Assembly (NCBI GenBank): GCA_964291415.2
Contig: OZ219917.1
Span: 1,152,001 to 1,216,000, forward strand
Reading direction: 5' to 3'
Source of the DNA: Alphaproteobacteria bacterium
Lineage (GTDB): Bacteria > Pseudomonadota > Alphaproteobacteria > SP197
DNA length: 64,000 nucleotides
Under the pieces are notes generated by a model. The model saw only the letters and a program-made list of their open reading frames with translations. It was not told where the DNA came from and did no database searches. The translations under genes were made by a program, and so were the position numbers. Position 1 is the stretch's first letter. Every line of letters starts with the position of its first letter. Below, in pieces: positions 39,394 to 49,362 of the stretch.

Positions 39394-42198
39394 ATGCGCC
39401 TGTCGTGGAACGAGGTTCGCGCTCGCGCCGCCGCCTTTGCCGAGGACTGGAAGGACGCGGCTTACGAGAAGGGGGAGACGCAGAGTTTCTACAACGCCTT
39501 TTTCGACGTGTTCGGGGTGCGGCGTCGGAGTGTCGGGCGCTACGAGGAGCATGTTAAGAAGCTCGACAACAGTTCGGGTTTCATCGACCTGTTCTGGCCG
39601 GGCGTGCTGCTCGTCGAACAGAAAAGCGCCGGGCGCGATCTCCGCAAGGCTTACGAACAGGCCGGGGACTACTTCGACGCGCTGCCGGAACACGAGCGCC
39701 CTCGTTACATCCTGGTGAGCGACTTCCAGACCTTCGAGCTTCACGATCTTGACGAACGGGAAGCCGTCGCCTTCGCGCTCGCGGATCTGCCCGCCCATGT
39801 CGAATCGTTCGGCTTCATCCTCGGCGTGCAGCGCCGGACGTTCCGCGACCAGGACCCGGCGAACATTGAGGCCGCGGAACTGGTCGGACGGCTGCACGAT
39901 GCGCTCGCCGATGCCGGACACCGGGGTCACGATCTGGAACGCTTCCTGGTGCGAGTCGTGTTCTGCATGTTCGCCGACGACACCGGGATCTTCGAACCGC
40001 GCGATATCTTTCTCGACTTCATCGAGACACGCACCAGCGAAGACGGGGCCGATCTCGGACCGTGGCTCGCGCAACTGTTCGAAGTGCTCGACACTCCGGA
40101 GGACGAGCGAGCGGCGACTCTTGACGAGGACCTTGCGCGCTTCCCCTACGTCAACGGTGATCTCTTGAAGGGGCACCTGCGGACGTTCTCGTTCAACGCG
40201 GCAATGCGCGGGGCATTGCTCGACGCCTGCCGCTTCGACTGGTCGAACATCTCGCCCGCGATCTTCGGCGCGCTGTTCCAGTCGGTCATGGACCCGGCGG
40301 AACGCCGAGCCCAGGGGGCGCATTACACGACCGAGAAGAACATACTCAAGGTGATCGAGCCGCTGTTCATGGACGACCTGCGTGCTGAGTTTGAGCAGGT
40401 ACGCAAGCGCCGCCGTGGCCGGCTTGCTGCACTCCACCAGTTCCAGGCAAAGCTTGGCAATCTGACGTTCTTCGACCCGGCCTGCGGCTGCGGCAATTTC
40501 CTCATCATCGCGTACCGGGAATTGCGGTTGCTGGAAATCGAGGTCATCCGGGAGATACGGGACGCGACCGCCGCGACCGATCAGGCGGTACTCGATGCGG
40601 CATGGCAGTCAGTAGTGGACGTGGATCAGTTCTACGGGATCGAGCTTGGCGAGTTCCCGACCCGCATCGCGGAGACCGTGCTGTGGATGATGGACCACAT
40701 CATGAACAACCGGCTGAGCCTTGAGTTCGGTCAGACCTTCGTTCGTATCCCGCTAGAGAAGTCGCCGCATATCGTCTACGGCGACGCGCTGGAAACAGAT
40801 TGGTCGGGTCTGCTGCCGTCGGACGACTGCTCCTTCGTGCTCGGCAATCCGCCGTTCGTGGGTTCGAAGTACCAGACGGCAGAGCAGCGTGCGCAGGTGC
40901 GTGGAATCGCGGCGCTCGGCAAGGGCGGTGGCACGCTCGATTACGTCGCCGCGTGGTTCATCAAGGCGGGAGAGTATCTGAAGGGCAGCTGCGCTCGGGT
41001 TGGCTTCGTCGCGACCAACTCGATCACGCAGGGCGAGCAAGTCGCGCAGCTATGGCCGGTCCTGTTCGGACGCTGCAAGCTGGAGATCGCCTTCGCGCAC
41101 CGGACTTTCGCGTGGGGATCGGACGCGCGCGGCAAGGCGCATGTGCATGTCGTCATTCTCGGCCTCGACCGGCGGAACGCTGCACGAGCAGAGAAGCGGC
41201 TTTTCAGCTATCCCGATATCAACGGTGATCCGGAAGAGAGCAGCCATTCGGCGCTGTCGCCGTACCTGTTCGACGCGGGCGGGTTGTCGGACCCGCATTT
41301 GGTGGTCCGGGAGGAAAGTGCACCGATCAACGGTATGCCGCAGCTTCTGACTGGCTCACAGCCCATCGATGGCGGCAAGTACATATTCGATGCAGCGGAA
41401 CGTGGCGCGTTTCTGGAGGTGGAGCCGGAAGCCGCGCCCTGGATTCGACCGTTCATCGGCGCGCGGGAATACTTGCAGGGTGGAGAGCGGTGGATTCTGG
41501 CGCTGCACGACGCTCCGCCGGCAGTTCTGGCGCGACTGCCGCGCGTGCGGGAGCGGATCGCCGCCGTTCGGGCCTTTCGGCAACGAAGCCAACGCAAGTC
41601 CACACTCAAGCTGGCCGAAACCCCGACGCTCTGGCAGATCAACGTCGTTCCCACGGCTCCGTTTCTAGTGATTCCGGAGGTCAGTTCGGAGCGACGGGAG
41701 TATGCTCCCATCGGCTGGTTGGAGCCGCCTACGATACCCAGCAACCTCGTTCGCATCTTGAGCAACGCAACTTTGTCGAACTTCGCGCTGCTGACCTCGG
41801 CCATGCATATGGCGTGGCTGCGCCACATCGGCGGGCGCCTGAAGAGCGATTACCGCTATTCCATCGGTCTCGTCTACAACACGTTCCCGCCGCCGCCCAA
41901 GGGAAGGGACTTGTCGAAGTTAGAGCCACTCGCCCAAGCTGTCCTGGATGCACGCGCTGCCCATTCGGGCGCAACGCTCGCCGACCTCTACGATCCGGAC
42001 CTGATGGCGCCGAACCTTCGCCGGGCACATCAGAAGCTCGATCGTGCGGTGGATCGGCTCTACCGGCGCTCGGGGTTCGCATCCGAGCGGGAACGTGTTG
42101 AATACCTGTTCATGCTCTACGAGAGACTGCTCGCTCCGTTGACCGACGCGACAAAATCGAAGGGGCGCAGGCGTAAAGTCCAGGGTCGTGCGACATGA
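39394..42198 (+). CDS. MmeI-like type IIL restriction-modification enzyme
   Basis: FIDLFWPG..LVEQKS nuclease, GAHYT, DPACGCGNF, GNPPF, LADLYDP. Confidence 0.9.
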   Translation: MRLSWNEVRARAAAFAEDWKDAAYEKGETQSFYNAFFDVFGVRRRSVGRYEEHVKKLDNSSGFIDLFWPGVLLVEQKSAGRDLRKAYEQAGDYFDALPEHERPRYILVSDFQTFELHDLDEREAVAFALADLPAHVESFGFILGVQRRTFRDQDPANIEAAELVGRLHDALADAGHRGHDLERFLVRVVFCMFADDTGIFEPRDIFLDFIETRTSEDGADLGPWLAQLFEVLDTPEDERAATLDEDLARFPYVNGDLLKGHLRTFSFNAAMRGALLDACRFDWSNISPAIFGALFQSVMDPAERRAQGAHYTTEKNILKVIEPLFMDDLRAEFEQVRKRRRGRLAALHQFQAKLGNLTFFDPACGCGNFLIIAYRELRLLEIEVIREIRDATAATDQAVLDAAWQSVVDVDQFYGIELGEFPTRIAETVLWMMDHIMNNRLSLEFGQTFVRIPLEKSPHIVYGDALETDWSGLLPSDDCSFVLGNPPFVGSKYQTAEQRAQVRGIAALGKGGGTLDYVAAWFIKAGEYLKGSCARVGFVATNSITQGEQVAQLWPVLFGRCKLEIAFAHRTFAWGSDARGKAHVHVVILGLDRRNAARAEKRLFSYPDINGDPEESSHSALSPYLFDAGGLSDPHLVVREESAPINGMPQLLTGSQPIDGGKYIFDAAERGAFLEVEPEAAPWIRPFIGAREYLQGGERWILALHDAPPAVLARLPRVRERIAAVRAFRQRSQRKSTLKLAETPTLWQINVVPTAPFLVIPEVSSERREYAPIGWLEPPTIPSNLVRILSNATLSNFALLTSAMHMAWLRHIGGRLKSDYRYSIGLVYNTFPPPPKGRDLSKLEPLAQAVLDARAAHSGATLADLYDPDLMAPNLRRAHQKLDRAVDRLYRRSGFASERERVEYLFMLYERLLAPLTDATKSKGRRRKVQGRAT

Positions 42199-42286
42199 TC
42201 CATTCTCTTGGAGGTGAGAGCGCTGACGGTCAGCAGACCAGGATCTGCCTGGACGCATTGAGAACTATGCCAATGCGGGAACGAAA

Positions 42287-42469
42287 ATGACAGACCTTTC
42301 CGAAATCATTGGAGGCCTGATCGCCACCGGAAAGGAGGGCGACCACTGGGACTTCAAACGTGATTCGCATACCAAGACAGGCGACTTGATCAAGGACATC
42401 ATGTGCCTTGCCAACACGCCCCGACATGCTGGAGACCGCTATATCGTCTATGGTGTCGACGACTGTTAG
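42287..42469 (+). pseudogene. Truncated Schlafen/AlbA_2 domain
   Basis: EGDHWDFKR...KDIMCLANT...YIVYGVDD*. Confidence 0.75.
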
Positions 42470-42599
42470 CGACGGTCAGAAAGTGCGCATAGTCGATGAA
42501 GTTCCCTTGATGAGGGCTACCAGATGTAGAGGTGGGCACCTGGGATTACGGCGTTGATGACTCTGGCGCATTCGCCTAACTCCGGTGAAACACACTGAC

Positions 42600-43057
42600 A
42601 TAGTCTAGTTCAACATCCCAGGCCGCCGCCTCCGGAGGCGTCACCTCGACAAAGGTCGTCTCCCGCTTCAGCCGCCAGTAGCGCAACGAACTGCACGAGA
42701 TGCCGTGAAGGCGGCAGAACTCGGCCTGGGTGCCGAGGAAACGCTCGTACTCCTCACAGATCTCGCGCCACCGGGCAGCGCCCTTCCTCGGCAACCGTGA
42801 GCGAACAACATCGGTGCCCGACATGACAATCTCCCTTCGCTTGGAACAAAACGCCAAGCGATATCGCCAGTGATCAGCGACTCAAGACCGTCGCAAAGTG
42901 ACCGGTTACGAGGTGACGGCGCCGGAGGCGGCAGCCTGGGATGTTGAACTGGCCTTTGGCGGCGGTATGGTCCTGCGTCATCGGAAGTCCTGATGTTGGG
43001 AGGCTGGCTGCGGCTCAGAACCAACCCGCCACAAGGGCGGTCACGCCAAACGCTTAC
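42600..43057. mobile_element. IS66-family remnants (two tnpA fragments in opposite orientation + one terminus)
   Basis: Minus: TQAEFCRLHGIS..LRYWR..FVEVT; plus: EVTAPEAAAWDVELAFGGGMVLR; terminus ...AACGCTTAC at 43057 (GTAAGCG on minus). Confidence 0.7.
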
Positions 43058-43350
43058 ACTTCCTTACCGTCGCCAACAACTACAGTAGAGGAGCCCGCAA
43101 CGAATGAAGAACGCTACTTGTCGCTTCGCACCCTCACTCTTCGGAGACTTTACCGGGAAGTCTGGCGTTCTCCCATCCGTGTAGCTTGTCACGAAGTTCG
43201 GATATGCCTAAGTTGGCAACTCCGAAGTCAGGGACGCCGCACGGCGCATGGAGGCGAGAATCGTGACGACCAGGAAGGGCGTTCCAGTCACGTTCCGGTC
43301 ATAAACTGGAGCAAACCAGCACCACTAGTGGGAATGCGGGCTAGTTCAGT

Positions 43351-44319
43351 CTATCTCCCTTGAACAAAAAGCGATTGAATCGCCCTACGATGTTTGCGGA
43401 CTGTCGATTCAGAGAGCGCCGAGAATTCCGAAATTTCGCGGATATCCAAATCCTTCTGGCAACCTTCCAGGACCTTGAGACGATTTCGAAGTCCACGCGC
43501 GTTCCTCATTTCGAGAAGCTCCATTTGCAGAGTCTCGGCCTTTCCAGACAGATCATCCAACGCTACATTAACATACCGCAATACTCCCAAAGAACAATCG
43601 TCTCCGGTACGGCTATGGAGTAGAGGCATAACCGTCTCACGAATTGCATTCTCAATTCGGCTAGATGATTCTTCCCTGGACCACGAAAAAACATGAGACA
43701 GGGCAGGAGCCAACATACCATTTCGACGCTGGTATAGACTTTCTGCGGAACCGTCCGACATAGCGGCAAAGCCATCGTAATTCCCTAACTTCTCCCTAAC
43801 AATACGAAGGTGTTTGCTTGTTCTCTCTGATGTCAGAAACACTGTCTCATTTGCATATTCACCGCGCATCGGTCCGATCAGGACATTCGCGCTACCGCCG
43901 TGGGAGACCACTACAACCCCATCGCCAAGATTCCCCGAAAAAAAGACGTCCCCGGAAACTGCAACGAATGCAAGAGTTGCGGCAAGCTCACTGGGAGGGC
44001 TTCCCAATCCACGCGCACGCTGGGCGATCTCTTCTTGACATACAACAAGTATTCGCTCCCGAATGCTGGCGGGATCAATCCAGGGTGCAGAGTCTCTAAG
44101 TACTTTGCTTGTAGCCTCGACAGCTGCAGCAGCACCATGCTCCGAGTGCTTCGCCGATCCGGCCCCGTCAGAAACCACGACGATTGCCATGCCGCCATCC
44201 AACGACACGCTGGAAGCGTCCTGACATGGTAAGCCGCAAAGACGATGACCCCGGCCCGCAGACGACATGGCCGCGCCGGTCCAGCGGCGTAAAGTCCGAC
44301 CCGACCAGTTATGCGTCAT
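43351..44319 (-). CDS. PP2C-family phosphatase with C-terminal HTH
   Basis: H...PCQD, VSDGAGSA, GDG, GEYANET, SDG, GDDCS; tail IREISEFSALSESTVRKH. Confidence 0.88.
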   Translation of the reverse strand: MTHNWSGRTLRRWTGAAMSSAGRGHRLCGLPCQDASSVSLDGGMAIVVVSDGAGSAKHSEHGAAAAVEATSKVLRDSAPWIDPASIRERILVVCQEEIAQRARGLGSPPSELAATLAFVAVSGDVFFSGNLGDGVVVVSHGGSANVLIGPMRGEYANETVFLTSERTSKHLRIVREKLGNYDGFAAMSDGSAESLYQRRNGMLAPALSHVFSWSREESSSRIENAIRETVMPLLHSRTGDDCSLGVLRYVNVALDDLSGKAETLQMELLEMRNARGLRNRLKVLEGCQKDLDIREISEFSALSESTVRKHRRAIQSLFVQGR

Positions 44320-44321
44320 CT

Positions 44322-44999
44322 TTAGATTTCAGCCCAGCCCTTGATACCATCGGTATCGAGAGGCACGCGCTGACCAGGTGTGCTGCCAGAAACCCGCTGA
44401 ACACTCGCGCTCAACCACTCGAAAAACTTCTCGAACTCCAGTCCCCGAAGCCGCAGGGGTGCCCGAGCCGGGCTAAACTTTGCTAAGGTGTCCATGTCCG
44501 CGTCGTCTCCGATTCCCACGGCGAACACTGACAACTCCTTTCCGTTTACCATGCGGACTACACGATCCACTGCATATTCAATGTCGTCAGTCGGCATACC
44601 ATCCGTCATGAGAACCAACCATGGTTGATAATAGTCAACTCCCTTATCCTTGTACTCCTGCTTGCGCTTTCCAAGAATTCGAATCGTCTCATTGACCGCC
44701 TCACCCATTGGTGTGACACCGTCGGCTTCCATAGCCATGTCCGGCTTCCTTTCCACAGGCCCGAAGTTGGCAAGCAACTGAACGCCGCCATTGCCAAAAG
44801 TTACAATACCCACCTCTGCAGAATACCGAGCCACATCGTCCTCGAATAGTGAGGAGTAAAAGCGATTCACTCCGCGCCTTAGCTCGATTACTTTGTCGCC
44901 CATCATCGAACGGCTTGTATCCAAACACAGTACTACAGGCACACGTGGTGTGGGGTTCTCTACCAGATCTTGCCCACGAACCATCAGTTCGGTTCCCAT
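44322..44999 (-). CDS. TerY-like vWA protein
   Basis: CLDTSRSM MIDAS, GVTPMGEA, YYQPWLVLMTDGMPTD, FFEWLSAS. Confidence 0.92.
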   Translation of the reverse strand: MGTELMVRGQDLVENPTPRVPVVLCLDTSRSMMGDKVIELRRGVNRFYSSLFEDDVARYSAEVGIVTFGNGGVQLLANFGPVERKPDMAMEADGVTPMGEAVNETIRILGKRKQEYKDKGVDYYQPWLVLMTDGMPTDDIEYAVDRVVRMVNGKELSVFAVGIGDDADMDTLAKFSPARAPLRLRGLEFEKFFEWLSASVQRVSGSTPGQRVPLDTDGIKGWAEI

Positions 45000-45092
45000 G
45001 GAATTCTCCTTCAGCCTCAGTTGCGAATGCTATGCATAAGCGCTGCAGCACCACCAATGCTCACAACTTGTTCGTGCTTCGCATAGTTTCTG

Positions 45093-46778
45093 TCAAGAGC
45101 ATCTCCGGCACACTACTTCGCCTTCGTCATATGTACCAAACTCTTCACCGCATACCGTGCACCGCCGGGAGAAGCCAATACCCGCCTCAATTTGCTGTCG
45201 GCTGGGTCTTTTGAATTCCTTTGGAAACGGGTCTTCCGACACGTATCCGTTTCGAAGATCGCTGCTATAGCGTGACATCAGCTCTTGCCACTCTCCCACA
45301 TGCAGGTACCTTCCGTCAGTGAATACTTCATGGAATGTGTCTTTCATGTAGCGGGGAAGGTGACTGAACATGAACCGCCACGCGCCAGGTGGCACACCCT
45401 GTGCACCCTTGCCGCCGCGAGGGTAGGGGAAGTGACGCCTCAAGACATTTCGCGATGGATCGGCTCCTCCTTCATGAGAATAAGGAGGCTTACCCGGATG
45501 CAGGAGCATAAATACGAGGGTAGCAACAGCAAAAGCTTCGTCTCTCTCCGTTCTCAAGATGGAGCTTAACCGCTCTTTGTACAACTCAGGAGAAAGATAT
45601 GGAGGCATACCCACGGGGCAAGGGTAACCTTCCACCTGATAACTATCGCAATCTACCAAAAATATCGTTGAGTCGTCCTGTACCAGAATGTTCCTGGGGT
45701 TGATGTCTCCGAGCAGGACGTTTAGAGAATGCAAGTAGGCAACGGCATCCAAAATTGCTGCTGATAGGTTCACCAAATGTATGCGAGTCCAATCAGGACA
45801 ATTCCTCCGCAAGAGCGGTGGTATGAAAAACGTAGGCTGAAGCGCTCTCCCTTCAGCTCTCGGCATCAGATAACCGACCATCTCGCCGTGAGGGTTGTAT
45901 GCCTGCGAAAAAGGCCAGCAAATAGCTGAGTGGCTGATTTGCCGTGTTACCATCAAATCCAGTTTATCGATGATGTATGTTTTGAGGCGATCAGAATGGT
46001 AGATTTTGCACACTAGTCCATCCTGACTTGTCTCGTAGACCGTACCTTCTCCGCCCGCCCCTACTTTAGTCAGCAATTGTATACTCTTGCCTTCCTTGTC
46101 CTTTACTATGTCACCCTCTCGAGTGTGTGACGTCGTGTTGATAGTTGTTTCGTCGAGCAAGACATGGCGATGATAGGTTGGAAACGGGCTAAAAGGCGCG
46201 GTGTATTGTCCTGAATCGACCTTCCGCAATACAGTCTCTCTCGAATCGTCCCTCCCAGTCGGCGAATTGCTGTGGAGCGGGTGCCACTTGAGTCCGTCGG
46301 GTTCAGTGGGATCCAAAGCCCAGCCCATGATATCTCCTATTCGATTGATCCGAATGGCCCTTATCTCTTGAATGCCTTTCACGGCATTGCTGACGTTTAG
46401 GGAAAGCAGGTCTCGCACGAGGCCACGGTCTTGGGCGATGATAACCAGCGGGTATTGACAGCGGAACTTAGTGAACATTGCCTGAAACTGATTATCGGCA
46501 TGAGGATCGTCGTCATTGCTACCAATTAGCTCGGCGTCGCCGGTGTTGACTAAATTCTTTACCATCACTGTAGCCGCTCGTGCTTGACGAGCGACCAGTT
46601 CATCGGATCGATTTACTAGTCGATTGAGCTCTTCCGCTACCGACCGTGCTACAATGATTGGCCGAATACCGTGCTGCCTCACGATCGGTATCAGTCGAGT
46701 ATGGAAAGCAGCTTCCGCTTCCTTCTCCATGAGGCTGCTGGTGTCCACAAAAATACGCGTATCTTGGGACCATTGCAT
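45093..46778 (-). CDS. PIN-domain + Ser/Thr kinase + Zn-finger fusion
   Basis: PIN: IFVDTSSLM, AEEL, ADNQF, QDRGL; kinase: GAGGEG, CKIY, GDINPRNILV, VDCDS; CTVC..CRRC tail. Confidence 0.85.
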   Translation of the reverse strand: MQWSQDTRIFVDTSSLMEKEAEAAFHTRLIPIVRQHGIRPIIVARSVAEELNRLVNRSDELVARQARAATVMVKNLVNTGDAELIGSNDDDPHADNQFQAMFTKFRCQYPLVIIAQDRGLVRDLLSLNVSNAVKGIQEIRAIRINRIGDIMGWALDPTEPDGLKWHPLHSNSPTGRDDSRETVLRKVDSGQYTAPFSPFPTYHRHVLLDETTINTTSHTREGDIVKDKEGKSIQLLTKVGAGGEGTVYETSQDGLVCKIYHSDRLKTYIIDKLDLMVTRQISHSAICWPFSQAYNPHGEMVGYLMPRAEGRALQPTFFIPPLLRRNCPDWTRIHLVNLSAAILDAVAYLHSLNVLLGDINPRNILVQDDSTIFLVDCDSYQVEGYPCPVGMPPYLSPELYKERLSSILRTERDEAFAVATLVFMLLHPGKPPYSHEGGADPSRNVLRRHFPYPRGGKGAQGVPPGAWRFMFSHLPRYMKDTFHEVFTDGRYLHVGEWQELMSRYSSDLRNGYVSEDPFPKEFKRPSRQQIEAGIGFSRRCTVCGEEFGTYDEGEVVCRRCS

Positions 46779-46844
46779 AGTGCAATCTCGCGATAATGCT
46801 CAAATGGGGTAGTTTTGGTTAGGCTGCCGAAATAGCCTCAAGTG

Positions 46845-47197
46845 CTATTTTCGGCCACCGCCGCCCTGATTTTTGTTCCATGATGGTTTATGTCGGGCAA
46901 TCGTCTTTTTTTCGTGCGCCCGTCGAGCCTTGGACGAAGAACCGGGTTTTGCCTCCTTGTAGGTAACTTCATGTTTGTCCGGATCAAAGCGGTCGCTCTT
47001 GTCCTTGCTCATTTCTTCTTTGGTCTCCGCGTATGCTGGTTCAGGCGTTTCTGGAGATCTTTCGTCTCCCCGACATACTTCACTTCACCGGACTCCTTGT
47101 CGCGAATTCGATACTCACCAGCGGTGTTCGGTGGAATGCTGGTTTCGCCCTTTTTCCATCGTTTGGGACGGCCCGGCCCATATGGATTGTTTGACAT
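46845..47197 (-). pseudogene. GIY-YIG nuclease split in two frames at ~47010
   Basis: AGEYRI...YVGETKDLQKRLNQH, then in another frame ARRAHEKKTIARHKPSWN. Confidence 0.7.
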
Positions 47198-47517
47198 ACC
47201 TTCCCCCTTGTCCTCGGAGTCCACAGCTGCCCGCTTGACCAACAAGGGTACTTGGTCGGTTCGTGCATGGCAAGCTGAGGGGTGACGCAAGCGACTGACG
47301 CTCCTGCACGCAGGACCGTGGTAGCCGCCCTGTGATGGAACCAAGTGTCGTACAGGAGCTGATCCAGTTGGGTGCCATCCTCAATCCAATCGAAGAACTG
47401 TTGGGCCGCAAGACGCGCACCTCGGAAGCAGGGCACACCGCTCAAGCGAGCGGATTCGACCAAGACGGCACCTGCAAGCGGAATGGGAAGATCGGTGATC
47501 TCGTCAAGAGTTTTCAT
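47080..47517 (-). CDS. DUF433-like protein (3' end uncertain)
   Basis: RLSGVPCFRGARL...FFDWIEDG..LDQLL. Confidence 0.6.
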   Translation of the reverse strand: MKTLDEITDLPIPLAGAVLVESARLSGVPCFRGARLAAQQFFDWIEDGTQLDQLLYDTWFHHRAATTVLRAGASVACVTPQLAMHEPTKYPCWSSGQLWTPRTRGKVCQTIHMGRAVPNDGKRAKPAFHRTPLVSIEFATRSPVK

Positions 47518-47644
47518 GGTGGCAGCCGAGTATGTGGTCGAACCAGCATCGAACAAATACGTTCCATTGCGTTCCCTGCACATGGTGCGTCAGTTTCCAT
47601 TACCATGGGCCAACGGAGGATACACTGCGGTGGCGTACATTGAG

Positions 47645-48379
47645 ATGGCTTCGGTATCGGATCTATTGAAGAAGACCGGAGCGACGGCTTGCGTCGTACT
47701 GGCAATGTCAGCTGGAACCGTCAGCCCCTCGGGCGCTGAAGAGTTCGAGCCCCTGTGCGACCAGACCCATATCGAGCGCATGGTTTGGGACTGCTGGAAC
47801 CCGGTCGATGTCAAGGGGCATCAGGAATGCCACTTCCGTGGCGCCCTGTCGCCGTATCACTATGCGCCGCCGATCGCGTGGTCGGGCGGCTGTCGCGATC
47901 GCAAGGCGGAGGGCGATGGCATGCTGGTGGACGCTCACGGCAACCGCTCGGCGGGCCGACTCGTCGCAGGGATGAAGGACGGCGGGTGGACGACCCTGCA
48001 TGCCGATGGCGGCGTGATCGGGGAGGCCTTCGCGGACGGCACGCCCCATGGCCGGTGGGTCTTCGACTTTTCCGCCAAGGGCAACGGGTTCCACGTGATG
48101 ACTTACGAGAACGGTCGCCGGCATGGCCGGTGGGAACGTCGCGATCCGGACGAGTACAGCGAGACTGGGACGTTTGAGAAAGGGATGCGCACGGGCACCT
48201 GGACCATCATCTGGCCCGATGGCGTCGAAGCGCTGGTGCCGTACGTGGATGACGTCATCCACGGCGAGATGGCCGTCACCCGGGACGGGCTTCGGCTTGG
48301 CACACTCATCTACCAGGGGGGCCGGCACGTCGACGGCATCCTCGACCCGATTCTCCTCTCCGAGCCGGGTGACCCCTGA
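47645..48379 (+). CDS. Secreted MORN-like repeat protein
   Basis: Signal peptide; WSGGC..G.A.G.G and repeated G..HG.W units. Confidence 0.7.
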   Translation: MASVSDLLKKTGATACVVLAMSAGTVSPSGAEEFEPLCDQTHIERMVWDCWNPVDVKGHQECHFRGALSPYHYAPPIAWSGGCRDRKAEGDGMLVDAHGNRSAGRLVAGMKDGGWTTLHADGGVIGEAFADGTPHGRWVFDFSAKGNGFHVMTYENGRRHGRWERRDPDEYSETGTFEKGMRTGTWTIIWPDGVEALVPYVDDVIHGEMAVTRDGLRLGTLIYQGGRHVDGILDPILLSEPGDP

Positions 48380-48406
48380 GCCGGTCTTCGCAAGACTGGC
48401 AGCGTT

Positions 48407-49300
48407 TCATGGATCCGGATCCAGAATCGAACAGGCCATGCCCCGGTCATAGGCTCGCGCCACATTAATGCAGTGCATGACCTGCATGCCATGGCGCTCC
48501 CAGAACGCGTCGCGTTCCCGGATCTCGATTTCGGCCTTCGTCGGCCAGATGGCGGTCTCCCTCTGCAGGGCGACGCCAGTCGTACCGCACGCGAGACCGA
48601 AGACGATCAACAGGGTCAATGCGATCCAGAACCACCGCCGCGCGACCGCGTTCCACGTGCCGTAACTGTTCGCCACTGCGCCCAGCACCGGCCGCATCGT
48701 CGCTACGTCGTTCATGGCCCTGGTGTTGTCGGCCACGGTCTCCCTGACGGCCGCCGCCTCGTCGAGGGCACGGCGGCTGCCGACCGCGGCGTCCTTGATC
48801 GCCGCCACGTCCCGGGCGACGGCGGTTGCGCCGGCGGCGGTCTGCCGCAACTCGTCGAGCGCCTCGGCTCCCGGCGTCACCCTCTCGGCGACGCGATCGA
48901 TGCCGGCAAAGACCGCGCCCTCGCGCTCGTCGAGGGATCGCGTGAGATCCTCCAGACTTCGCTTGATGCCCGCCGACAGCTCCTTCATCGCGGCGCGCTG
49001 TTCATCGGCGAATCGCTGCAGAGCCGTGGCCTCCTTCGTTTCGCCGCTCCCCTTGCGTTCCCGTTCGATCTCGCGGGCCAGGCTCTCGGCCGCCGCACCC
49101 TGGGTTGCGGCGAGAGCGTCGATCTTCTCCGCGAGGACCGCTTCCGCCTGACCGACGATCCGCGCCATCTCGCCCTCGTGTTTTTCGAAGAGCGCTCTCA
49201 GGGTGGCGGGATCCATCGATGCCTCGGGTCTCTGCTGGCGCTGCTCTCGGCGTCTGAGCCTTTCGGCGGTGCGGCGGTCTTCTCCGTCGTCGGACGTCAT
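48407..49300 (-). CDS. Coiled-coil protein with C-terminal TM, divergent from the relaxase
   Basis: Ala/Glu-rich heptads, WFWIALTLLIVFGL. Confidence 0.65.
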   Translation of the reverse strand: MTSDDGEDRRTAERLRRREQRQQRPEASMDPATLRALFEKHEGEMARIVGQAEAVLAEKIDALAATQGAAAESLAREIERERKGSGETKEATALQRFADEQRAAMKELSAGIKRSLEDLTRSLDEREGAVFAGIDRVAERVTPGAEALDELRQTAAGATAVARDVAAIKDAAVGSRRALDEAAAVRETVADNTRAMNDVATMRPVLGAVANSYGTWNAVARRWFWIALTLLIVFGLACGTTGVALQRETAIWPTKAEIEIRERDAFWERHGMQVMHCINVARAYDRGMACSILDPDP

Positions 49301-49362
49301 CGGCGTTTCCTTCGTGTCTGAGGGCGCTACCCGAAGCGGCGCGGTGCGCTACAATGCGGACC

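Noticed and set aside
45757-45768. 12-nt match to the 5' end of spacer 1 (CCTATCAGCAGC on minus) inside the kinase gene
   Set aside because: The match does not extend, the flank is GAA rather than TTN, and this length is compatible with chance.
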